Made by a program: the position numbers and the translations under genes. Below are positions 45,644 through 57,600 of a stretch of 64,000 nucleotides of DNA, in pieces. Every line of letters begins with the position of its first letter. The stretch's first letter is position 1. The notes under the pieces were generated by a model. The model did not search any database, was not told the origin of the DNA, and worked only from the letters and a program-made list of their open reading frames with translations. The DNA comes from Podarcis melisellensis (Eukaryota). The stretch lies in NCBI GenBank assembly GCA_964234715.1, contig OZ174276.1; one strand, 5' to 3'.

Positions 45644-48600
45644 TTTTGCAAGCCAAGTATATGATGTCAATTCAGGTGTACCAATTCAGATGGACCAGGC
45701 TTCCAGTAAACAGATTCCTTTTGTAATATAATTTTACAACATGAAAAATGAAGTATTGTTCAGAGATGTATACTCAGCAATTGCAATTGCTTTGCCAACA
45801 GATTTTACAGTACTTAACAGTACTACAAGGGGCTATCAGCAGAGGCAGTTGTAACTCTATGTGCTAATTTATGTGTTTTTTACACTGGGAAGACATATTA
45901 GAATATGAGCACTAAACTCCAATTCACATTCAGCCAGTAATCTATTTTTAAAACACTGTTTTTGATAGAAGTTGTTACCCTCTTGGTATCACATTTTCAT
46001 ATTGTTCCTAACACTAGTGTTATCATATCCAAGCACCTCTGCTGTTGCTGTTGCCGCCTTTTTCCTGTGACTTTTACATTGCCTTTCTTTATTATTTATG
46101 TCCCATACCATGAGTGGGAATGCTTTCAGTGCAATTGACAGCTGGTACCCCCCCCCCAAAAATGGAAAAGAATAACAACCAATTCTATATATAAAAAAAG
46201 TTAAAAATAGTTCCAGTACTTACTTTTGCAGACTGGGATAAGGATATCCATTTTAAAAACCCGATGGAGAAAGTCTTCAGCAGGCGCTGACAAGACAATA
46301 GAGGGAGCCATAAAGGGTGGGTGCCACCACACTAAAGGCTCCATTCAGACATGGTGCAGAACAGATCTCCTGATAAGATGGTGTCTGCAAGAGGGCCCCA
46401 TCCTGCAGAACACAGTGAGCTCAATTCAAAACTAAACTAAATGCATAAAGGTAAATTGACCCAAACCTTTTGTAATAAGGAGGTAAGAAAAATGGTTGTA
46501 ATGACTACTTTGTTTATAGATTACAAATATGTACTAAGTATATTTTTTAAAAGAGAAGAAAAATTTCTCACCATGCAAAGAAAAGCTTCACCGCCTTTGC
46601 CTGTGAAGTTACTGTTAAAGGTCCAGAAGCAGGTCTTATTGGCTACCCTAGAGAGCCATTTTGGTGTAGTGGCTACAATGTCAGACTAGGAAGGGAGAGA
46701 CCAAGCGTTCAAATCCCACCCCCCCACCGGTAGCCATAAAGCTCACTGGGTGACCTTGGGCTACTGACCTTCCAGGGTTTGTCCAGCAAAACAACCAGCA
46801 ATTTTCATTTGGCCCCTGGGGTGGAGGGTGGGAACACCTGATCTGAATGATGGCTTACTTACTGTGACAGTGACAGACAGTGACTTACTGTGGATGAGCA
46901 GCCTGGTGGGGCATGCTGCTCAAGTAGCCCTTGCCGTGCTCCTACCTTTGTCAAACAGTTTCTAAAAGCAGCTACTGAAAGCTAGGACTAAATTTAAAGT
47001 GCTGAAGTTAACCCATCAAATAAAATATAAATTCTTCCTTCCTTATTCAGCTCCACTGGTTACCATTAATAGCCTAATGAATGCATTTTATTTCTCTCAC
47101 GTCCTAGCTGCTTTGCATTTGTGTTCTCTGCCTGCTGCAATTACCTTCTATTTGCAATTTTTTTGTTGTTTTGTTTTGTTTTGCTGGTAATAGCTGTCCT
47201 GTTATCTCATCCGGTTATTTCATGCAGTGAGTAAGAGAAATGCTTAAATCAGAACAAGCCTTTCAAGCCTCACCAACCTTTAGAATTCTTTGAGTGCTAC
47301 ATACATATGTAGATAGGGGTGATCTGCTAGCCATTGCAGTATATAGTTGGACTTCCAAATGGCTTTCAGCAAAGTTCCTTCCCAGCTGCTGAGTAAACTT
47401 AGCAGCCAGGTGCTTTTATGGATTTGGAACTGGTTAAATAACTGGTAGCAGATGGTTTCCATAATGGAGTAAAGAAGGCAGTGGAGTCCCCCAAAGAGCT
47501 GGACTAGGACTGGTGGTCTTTTAACGTTCACGAATAACCTGGAGTCAGGGATGAGAACCAAATTAGCTAAGTTTAAGGTTACATCAATATGAAGAGCTCC
47601 AGAAGGATCTCACAATACTGGCCTTGCTTACATGTCACAGTAAGTCGTGAACATGCAGATGATTCCCTCTTTGCTTCTCCCGAGCAGTCAAAACAAGCCA
47701 CAATCCTTAGTGCTTGGTGTTAAGTGGGAACTGGGGATTGTAGAGAACCCAAGGTTTGGCTTTGGCTTTCCAGTTGTGGTTTGTTTGAGCAGTTTGTGGA
47801 CCAGGTGCTGCTGACTGTTGATGGGCGACTTCAAGACTTCTCTGTACAGTTCCTAGTCTTGGACTGGACAGCCCTCTAACAGGGGACACCTTCGAAGAGA
47901 CAATAGTTTTCTGAGAGCCCTTCCAAACAGAGGATTGTAAAGTGTGATGCATGGCCACTCTGAGTGAGCAGGAGCATAGGAGCCAAAGAAGAACCTGGCT
48001 GGATCAGGCCAAACATCCTGTTCTCACAGTGGTCAACCTGATGCTCATGGGAAGTTGGCAAGCAAGACCTGAGTGCAATGGAAGTCTGCTGTTGTATGGC
48101 ATTAACTGGCCCAATGCGTGGATGACAAAAGTATGTGCAATTAAACATAAGGAATTGCAAAACTATGGCAAAAGGAAGAGAAAAGGCCATTCTATTACAT
48201 TTACACTAGTGGAGTTTAAACTGGTTGTGAGTATGCAGAAAGAGAGCTATTTCTTACATCGGGGATGGGGATCTAGCTGTTGTACCAGATCCTTATAACC
48301 CCAGCCTCAGGTAGGCCAAGTTTGAAAGGCAGGAGGCTGCTTACCTGTCAATCACCTGACATCACAATGGGATTGGTTGACCACAGTTTGAAATCGAACC
48401 ACATAAGAAAAATCACAGCACTCTGTAAGCTCTGACAATCAGCTGATCATTGGTATCCGAAAGTCCCTTTTTAGCCCAGCTGCATCTTTACCTGCCCCAT
48501 ACCTGGCATAGAGAACAGGTCAGGTAGGGAGAGCTAGTGGGCATAACTAGGCCCATGGACTGGAAGTCCCCCCATCTGTTCCATCTGAAAATGTTATTGT

Positions 48601-48647
48601 ATGCTTGTATCACAGTCAGTGTGAATCTATGGGTTGCTTTCTTTGTA

Positions 48648-48794
48648 CAGTGGTATCTCGGGTTAAGTACTTAATTCGTTCTGGAGGTCTGTACTTAACC
48701 TGAAACTGTTCTTAACTGAAGAACCACTTTAGCTAATGGGGCCTCCTGATTCAGCGTATGTAACCTGAAGCGTATGTAACCCGAGGTACCACTG
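48648..48794. mobile_element. Tc1/mariner MITE, copy 5 (internally deleted)
   Basis: TIRs and TA, middle segment missing. Confidence 0.85.
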
Positions 48795-48873
48795 TACTGC
48801 ATTCCTGTCTTTAACAACAGTCTGTTACTCAGAAGAAAACCCTAAATTTCTGGCTGGATAGTTTATATATATA

Positions 48874-49105
48874 CAGTGGTACCTCGGGTTACATACGCTT
48901 CAGGTCACATATGCTTCAGGTTACAGACTCCGCTAACCCAGAAATAGTACCTCGGGTTAAGAACTTTGCTTCAGGATGAGAACAGAAATCATGCTCCAGC
49001 GGCGCGGCGGCCCCATAAACTAAAGTGATGCTTCAGGTTAAGAACAGTTTCAGGTTAAGAACAGACCTCCGGAACGAATTAAGTACTTAACCTGAGGTTC
49101 CACTG
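48874..49105. mobile_element. Tc1/mariner MITE, copy 6
   Basis: TIRs and TA, inverted relative to copy 5. Confidence 0.85.
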
Positions 49106-50337
49106 TATAAAGTAACAAACCCAGCAGCAATTGCCAACTTTGCAAGCAGCCACTTTAGGCCTGCTTTATGATGTGTGGACATTAAGAGGTGGTAATATTT
49201 CTTTCCATTCTGTGAAAATGTTTCAGATGCGTTCTCCTTTGCAAAATAGAGATAACAGGAAACTACTGCATTAGTTCAGCACTCCCCCTCCTGCTCTTTG
49301 TTTTTTAATACATATGGAACAGCCATTACCCTCTCTCTAGCGTTAGGCTTGCAGACTTGTAGCGTGTGGCTTCTTTCAAAATGCAATGGAGGTAATTTAA
49401 CATCTTTGAGGGTTATTTGAAGCTAATTCTATTTTAACTGTCTGGAGGTGAAGTTATTAGTTTATTTGGAGTACAATGCACTAGTAGCAGTGGTCCTGGA
49501 GTCCCAGAAGTATTGGAGATGCATGTAGATAGTTGAGGTGGCTGTTCTAATTGGAAACCCTACCCTTTGGGGGGTTTTGGGGAGTGGGGAAGAGAGCTGC
49601 CTTTTTTCATGTGAGAGGTGTTTATAAACTGACTAGTGTAACACTAAGACATAAGATGCCATTTCTTCATTAACTGAAACACTAAGAATGTGGGCCAATT
49701 CTGTTATTAAAGAATGTTGCAGTCTTTTTAATTAACTGGGACTTGTCAGGTAGGCAGAAAAGTATGTTTTAAAAAAGCACAGTCATTCTCCTTTCTTGTT
49801 TGTTCAGATAGATAGTAATGACACTGTAAACCTTTTTAGTATGTTTAAAAACTATAGGGCATAACTGTTGCTGCTTTTATGCTGAAGTTGATGGAGACTT
49901 TTGTGTAATGTGGAAGTTTGTATATTCCTTTACCAGTAGAATGTATGCATAAAAGAATCCCCACCTTAAGGCTTCTGATTCTTAAAAAGTAATGTACTGT
50001 AATCAGAAGACATTCACCAGGTACAACTTCTCCAAGCATGTAGATTATGACTTACTATGTGTTCAGATGAAGCAATTGTTAAAGTCATGCAAGCAGGAAC
50101 CAATTAAAAAAAAAGAGCAACTGTACGTATGTGACAACAGCATTTCCTAAATACAAACTACTAAACTGTCCTTGAAACACTTGCTCTTTAAATTTATGTA
50201 AAGTAAACCAAATGGGATAGCAAGGGCTACCTACGAAATGCTGGTGTTAAAATATTCCCTAATCACGTTAGCAATGAGTAAGCATTCTTAGTAAATACCT
50301 GGCCATATTCTTGGAACATAGGTTCTCAGCTCCAAAC

Positions 50338-50485
50338 CAGTGGCGTAGCGTGGGGGGTGCAGGGGGGGGCCGGCCGCACCGGGCGCAACATCTGGGGGTT
50401 AGGGTTAGGGGGTGCAAATCCACGGGTTAGGGGGTGCAAATTACTTGCCTTGCCCCGGGTGCTGACAACCCACACTACGCCACTG
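50338..50485. mobile_element. hAT MITE containing TTAGGG repeats, copy 2
   Basis: TIR CAGTGGCGTAG/CTACGCCACTG, perfect 8-bp TSD CTCCAAAC, near-identical to 26444-26589. Confidence 0.9.
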
Positions 50486-51803
50486 CTCCAAACTGATTAG
50501 GCCAGCTGCAAAAGACCCATAAAAAAAGAAGAGAGGCAGAAAACTTCTTCATTTCAGAAGTGTAAGCCAGTTGCACCCATTTATCTTCGACATGCATTTG
50601 GTGTGGGGAGGAGGACTTATCTGCTGGCTCCTGTTCCCATTTGTGCTCCTGTGTTGAGAATATTCCAAGGATGTTTGAAGAAGGGACTTTAGTTATTTTG
50701 CAAAGAGAATAATATTTCAGCACATGGCTGACAATGCAGTCTCAGAAGCAGCAGGGTTCCTAAGCCACTGCACAAAGGTAAGGACATGAATTTAACCATT
50801 TTTTAAGGTTAGAGACAGTAAATAAGAAGCTGGAAGCTGAAACTCGAACAGAACCACAGAAGCACTACAATATCATTTAAAAGTATTTCCTACAGAGAAC
50901 AGTAATAGTTAGAGAAGCTGCTATATATATTTTCTCTTATTATATGAATAATTCCAGGCTTTGTTTGAGCTAGGGTTCAGCAGCCTGTTCTCCAGAAACT
51001 ATTTACACTGCTACGGTTTAGCCCTGAAATATGCAGTAGAAAGTGCCTTTGAGAATATGCAGAGTCCTTTTCTTTTGTCACCTAATGCCTACCAGCAGTC
51101 CTTCTCTGTGTTTATGGATACAGGCATAAGGGAGGCAGCTTAACTCCAGGAACTCTTGTGTTGGAAATTAGCACCAAACAAGCCTTATCATATGAACTCA
51201 GTAGACTTAAAAGCAACAATACCTCACCACCTGTTGCTATAGAAAGGTTGAATTTCTTTAGGTAATGATTCCCCAGGTGGCTAGTTGTGTGTGAATAGAT
51301 GAGCACAAAAGGCAACGTGTTCACCTGCAGAAACAATGAATACTTCATCAAACCCAAAGCATTTGCTCTTCAGCGGTGACTTTGGCTAGTTGTTATTTTA
51401 ATATCCTGCTGCATTAAACACTTGACAGTCAGGATTGCACACACTCACAACAGTCTTTTTTCTCAGTGAGGGATATGAATAACACAACAGGAAGCTAGTT
51501 AGCCCTTGAATGTTTGATTTCTCCTAAAGAAGCCTGCCAATTCACACACACCCCACCTAGCAAAACATCGTAATAAAAAACAACAACCATTGAATTTAAT
51601 GGGGGCAGAAAGTCCAACAGGGCTTACAACCAAGCAAATCTACATAGGATTGCACCAGAAGTAGTATTAGAAGCATCCTGTATGTGGTTTTCCCCCAGGA
51701 CAATTGATTATTAATAATTCTCATTGCATACCCTCTAACATTTCTCTGATGAAAATAGGGACATCCTATTCAATAATAATAATTCTATTATTTATAACCC
51801 ACC

Positions 51804-52589
51804 TGTCAGAGCCACCCGTCTGGTCCCAGCTCACAAGAGACCCAAATCCGATCCAGTTTATTTACAAAAAGTCTTTATTGAAGATCATTGCTCCATTTAC
51901 ATTCCATCTTTGTGACTCTACGTCTGTAACGTTAGACCGCTGAAGTACCCTCTGAATCCGTACCGCCTCTACACCAATTTAAGAGGCTTGTGCTGGACCA
52001 CCTCTTCCTCTCCTTCCTTTTCCGCAGGGTCTTTCTGCCCCCCTGGGTTCCCCCTTGCCTGGACTCGCCCGAGGCTGAATCCTCTGACGCCTCTGCCCCC
52101 CTCCTTCTCGCTTTGGGGCCGGGCTCCTCCCCAGGGCTCTCCTCACTTCCGCGCGCCTCTACATTTGAACTTGGCGCGCGTACGTTGCTTCTGACCTTTC
52201 TCTCGACCGCTACACTGCTCCCGGTGCTGCTCTCCACCCCTTCCGGCTGAGCGTCCTGCTCCGATCTCCTTCCCCTGTCTCCTTCTTGCTCTGCTCCCTC
52301 TGACACACTGGTAACTCCACCCCCTTCACTCCGTTCCGGCTGAGAAGCCGGCTCCGGTGTCCAACTCCCACTGGGGCTTCTCCCTTCGCTCCCCTGCTCC
52401 TCACTGCTTCCCCCTTGGCCTCCCTTTGGTCTGACCAGGGGGGCCCCCTTTTGGGAGTCCTCTGACTCACTGGACAGACTCATGGACGACCTTTGGTCAT
52501 CGTCATCCTCCTCCTCATCTCTCTGGGATTCTTCCCCCTCGCTCTCTGTCTCCTCCCCCATCTGCTCTTCTCTCCCCGAAACCCTGACA
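51804..52589 (-). mobile_element. Solo-LTR-like element (786 bp) with internal ORF
   Basis: TGTCAG...CTGACA termini and 5-bp TSD CCACC, inserted in an L2 tail. Minus-strand ORF 52561-51932 followed by AATAAA near 51875. Confidence 0.75.
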
Positions 52590-52740
52590 CCACCCATCTG
52601 ACTGGGTTGCCCCAGCCACTCTAGGCAGTTTCCAACATATATAAAAACACAACAAAACATTAAACTTTTAAAAACTTCCTTATGCAGGTGTCTCTATCAG
52701 ATGTCTTCTAAAGGTTGTATAGTTACTTATCTCCTTGGCT
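52590..52740 (-). mobile_element. L2 LINE 3' tail (split by the LTR-like element; remainder about 51770-51803)
   Basis: cccatctgactgggttgccccagccactct...cagatgtcttctaaagg. Confidence 0.7.
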
Positions 52741-54386
52741 CAGGGGTAACATAACTCTATACGAAAACAGGGATGTCCTACCATGCCCTGCAACATTTCT
52801 CCCATGAAAATAGGGACGTCCTAAGGAAAAGCAGGGCATTCTGGGATCAAATCAGAAATTGGGACGTCTTCTGTAAATTTGGGACTGTCGCTGGAAAATA
52901 GGGACACTTGGAGCATCTGTTTTACAGTGCCAATTAATAAACTTGGAAGTATGAGGCACTTTCCAGTGATGGAACAGTGTCGTGTGCATATCTCAGACTT
53001 AGCAAGCTTTCAGCAATTGACCCAAAATACATTTGCTTCCTCAAGTGCATCTTCCAGTTCTTTTCCCCCACCTGTATCCTTAGCAATGAATTTAAGCCTT
53101 TGGATTGAATTGGGTATGAATAGAAGAATAATTGCTCTCCCGCCTATTAAGGTAGCATTGGCCTTATTCAATGTAAACAAAACCAGAAAAACAGGGGTAC
53201 AAATAATTCAACAGGCTCTACCTCTTAATGCCAGCTTTTGAGACCTGAAATGTATCTACAGCTTGTGGTACCCTATCTACAGTGGGACTGTGGAACGCTT
53301 TGGATAGTGGGATCTCTCAGCCAGTGGTTTCCCTGTCCTCTTTCTAGCTAGGGCTGGTGGGAGTTGTAGTCCAACAAAATCTGACGATCCAAAGGTGCCC
53401 CATACATATCGGCTATAGATTCTTACCTGGGAGCAAGTCCCACTGAATTCAGCAGGACTTCCTTGTTCATACATAGAATGGATTACACTGTGAAAGAACT
53501 ATAACTTAAGTCAACTGATTGTGATGTAATAATGGAACAGTTGAGCTGATCAGTGTCAGTAAAACTTGCTAATGAAAACATATTTCTCTCACCCTAAAAT
53601 TGCCCACTTTTACAGCCTGTTTTAACGTTGCTCAAGTAGTGAGGGCTACTACAGAACTGTTCTTTGCTGCTAGGGGCGTGCAACTCAACACCTGCGTGGG
53701 ATTCCTTGTTGCCTTCTGCGGCCAGGTGAATTGTTAAATGCAAGGTTGTATGAGACTCTTAAGTTGTGTTACGATCCATAAGGGACAAACTATGCCCAGT
53801 TGTTTGCATGCTGGAGCTCACAGGCTCAATCTCTCGCATCTTCAGTTAAAAGGATCAGGTAGTAGGTAATGGGAAATTCTGCTTGAGACTCTGGATAGCT
53901 GCTGCCAGAGTAGTCAGTATTGGCTTAGAATGAAGGAAGATCCCTATTTTTATAGCAAAGCATGTTTCAAAGCCTGTACTATACTCTATCTTGATAGCAA
54001 CATAGTCAGTAGGAAAGTCACCTGAAATGTACTGTGACAAATAGGTCACTTGTTTGCTAATTATACTTGCTGTCGCACGGGCTGCAATTAAAAAGATACA
54101 ATTAGTCGTACTGGATCATTATGCATGTATTATTACTGAATCCTCCATTTGTTCTGTTGGATTATGGATATAGAGTTGTTGGACCTTTCCACACTTACCA
54201 CTTATAGTAAGGCAGTTGCTTTTTTTCAGATTTTTTGGCATGCTGCCACACAACTAAGTTATTATTCAGCTAGTATTCCAAAATAATGTACTCAAAAAAG
54301 CCCACTTTTTCTTCTACCACAAAAATTTGACTTATGTGAAGGATGCAGAATGGATCCTCAAGTTTTTCATTTGTGTAGCGTGTGTA

Positions 54387-54614
54387 CAGTGGTACCTCGG
54401 GTTAAAAACTTAATTCATTCCGGAGGTCTGTTCTTAACCTGAAACTGTTCTTAACCTGAAGCACCACTTTAGCTAATGGGGCCTCCTGCTGCCACACCAC
54501 CACTGGAGCACGATTTCTGTTCTCATCCTGAAGCAAAGTTCTTAACCCAAGGTACTATTTCTGGGTTAGCGGAGCATATGTAACCTGAAGCGTATGTAAC
54601 CCGAGGTACCACTG
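54387..54614. mobile_element. Tc1/mariner MITE, copy 7
   Basis: TIRs and flanking TA. Confidence 0.85.
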
Positions 54615-57600
54615 TACAGTCATCATCCTGGTTTCCGTGTGGAAGGGGATGGGAGCCCTTTTGTGTCTCCCTGCTTCCTTTACATCTGGTTTCCCACAGG
54701 CATCTGGCTGGCCACTGTGAGAACAGAGTATTGGTCTCGAAGGGCCATTGACCTGATCCATCAGGCTTCTCTTATGTTCTTAACTGACAGTGGAGGGGCA
54801 CACAGCAGAGTTTTCCCCAGGGATCTGAATGATAGGAATATGCTCATCTGAAGGGCAACCTTCACTAGCCTTAAGGTCTCAGCGACTGATAAGAGCGATT
54901 CCAGGGACTGGGTGGCTCCCCTCTTATGGAATACCCTCTCCAGGGGTTGGCATGAAGCCCCCTCCTGAGAGTTTTTAGAAGAGCCCTAAGAACGTAATCT
55001 GATTTAGGTTAACTGATTTTATGGCACTGTGGATTGATGAAGAGGGCTTTAATAACTCCCTGTTATTTTAATGAGACTTAATGTTGTTGTTGGTTGTTTT
55101 AGTGTTTTGTAACTTTACTGTGCTATTTTGTTGTAAACCAGGGGGCAAGCCTTGGTTACAGTTCTTGGTTTGTCTGGAGAGAGGGCCAGGTTCAGCAGCA
55201 GAGGAGGAGGAGCAAAGCAGCCACCACCTCTTCTCTGGGAGCTCACATGTTTGCTTGTTTGTGCCAAACCATCGTTTGCTAGTTTGTGCTAAACCATAGT
55301 TTTGCATGTGAATCAGGCTTCTTGGGAAGTTAAGGATTCTCATTGGAGATGAGAGGAGAGGAGGAGAGAGCATGGCACCCAATATTACATCTCATGATTA
55401 TTGAGAGCTTCTGGCACATAATACTATGTTTGCACCAGGCATGTGAAGGGTAATGATAACCAAGTTTCCTTTCTCCTCAAGAGGCTTATCATAGAATTTT
55501 AGAGTTATAAGGGAGCCCAAGGGCCATCTAGTCCAGCCCCCTGCAATGCAGGAATTATCTGGATTGCAGTCAGTGATGAGGACAGAATAGTTTAAAATTC
55601 CCAAAGATCTCATATGTAACAAAGTTGTTTTCTGTTTTAATCTCCTTTTCAAATTACAACAGCTCTTGTTTAGTCATTTTGACCTGTTAATAACTAGTTT
55701 CCATAGTTACTTTTTAATATAGTTTTAATATAGTTATACAATATGAGTGATGCTGCTGTTTCTGTGGTTACACTGAACATTAATTTACACCACATCTCCC
55801 CTCCTGCTTTAACTAAGTGTATCTGAAGAAAAGAAAAGAAAAGAGAAGAGAAAAAGAATGCTTGCTTACAATGCAATAAAGGGAGATTCCAGACAATGAT
55901 TGGTGGATGAAACTTTTGGATGTTTTACAAGAGTTTTACTTCCTGAGTTCCAAACATTCAGTTGAAGATTTGTTCAGCCGGCAGCAAGTACAGCAGATCC
56001 AAAAGAAAATCAGGCTTGCATTATACTGTTGAAACCTCTTTCTGACCCAATCTCTAGGCCTGTGGCACTTTGGAGTTTCTAAATTGTGTATGTTTGCATT
56101 TGTATTTGTCAAGTGCCTGACACTTGACACTTGCATCTAGGAAGGGCTTATACTTTGCATGCTGAAGCTCCCAGTTTCAATTCCTAGCATATTCGGTTAA
56201 AAGGATTGGGAGCAGGACTAGGAAAGACCTCTAGTGTGGAACCTATGGCTTTTCGACTCCAACTCCCATTAGTCCCAGCCACCAAGGCCAAAGATCAGGG
56301 ATGATGGGAGTTGTAGTTCAACAATTCCTGAAGGTCCGCGAGTCTCCTCTGTGCTGCCTTAAGGCTTTGCCGGATCACAGCCAGAGGAGACAGTCATATG
56401 GGGCAACTGTTTGATTTGGTGGCAGCTTCTTAAGTTCATTCAGCTTGTTGTGTCAGACTTGCCCTAATACAGTGCCTTCTCATGGAAGAAAACCTGGTCT
56501 GAAATCTTGGAGAGCTGTGGCCAGTCATTGTAGACAATCTGTGAGATGGCCAATGGCCTGACTCTGTATAAGGCATCTTTGCTGGTTCCTATGATATGCT
56601 GACAGGGCTTTTTGCTTACATTGCTATGCAGCCTAAGGCAGGGATAGGGGAGCTTGGCATGCAAGCAATTATTATTGTTGTTGTTGTTGTTTCCACAACT
56701 TTTATCATTTCCCCCCTTATTAGTTGAAGAGGTGTTTTGCTATTGGCACCCTAGTTCTAAACAAATTCATTTTAGTGGACTTTGTCTCCAAGCAGGCAAT
56801 TTTAGGGCCACATCCCACTTTCCTTAAGTAGGCAGATAATTCATGTTCCAATCCTATGGAGCCAAGGGCAGCCCTTTTAGTTCTGTGTTGCAGGATTTGC
56901 CCTTGGTTGGCGTGCAGGGATTCACAGTATGGTGCATTTTCCAGACGGGAGCAGTGATTTCAGGACATCTGTCCCAAGGGAGAACTGGGCGTAGGAAAGA
57001 GGCACTCATGCCCAGTCTTTCAGGGAATTGGAGAGGGTGGAGCTTCCATTGTTCTTTTGAATCTTAGTAAGAGAGTGGAGTGATGTTGGCTGGCTCCTCA
57101 GAACGGCATCTCCCATGCTGTTGCTATTGGTGCTTTGTTAGGGAATGAGGAAGAGGTAGCTCTGAGTCAAAGGATATGTTGGTGTGTGGGAACCTTGAAA
57201 GCCCTGTTTGGACCAAGTAAGTAGCTGCATTTTATTTCGTTCATGGTGTTGTGGAGATGTGCTGGTTGTGAAGAGGCACTTGCTGCACATGAATGCCAAA
57301 CCCTCTGCACTGCAAGAATTTTTTTAAAAATCTCGGTTGCTAAAGAAGGAGGGGAATAACATAAAAACGGGGAAGAGAGCAAAGTCCTTTTAGTTTTCCC
57401 CTTGGAGGATAAAACTTTTGATCTCTGAAACATTGTTAATCCCTTCTTGGAGTTGCTGGTACAAAAATCTTACCTCAAAAAGCGCTCTGTGTTAGTATTT
57501 AGCACTGTGTGCCAAGGACGCACTTTGAAACAAACACTTGGGAGGATGGGAATCTTTCTATTGGGTGATATTTAGTGAGAAAACCCTGAAAGCCTATTGA

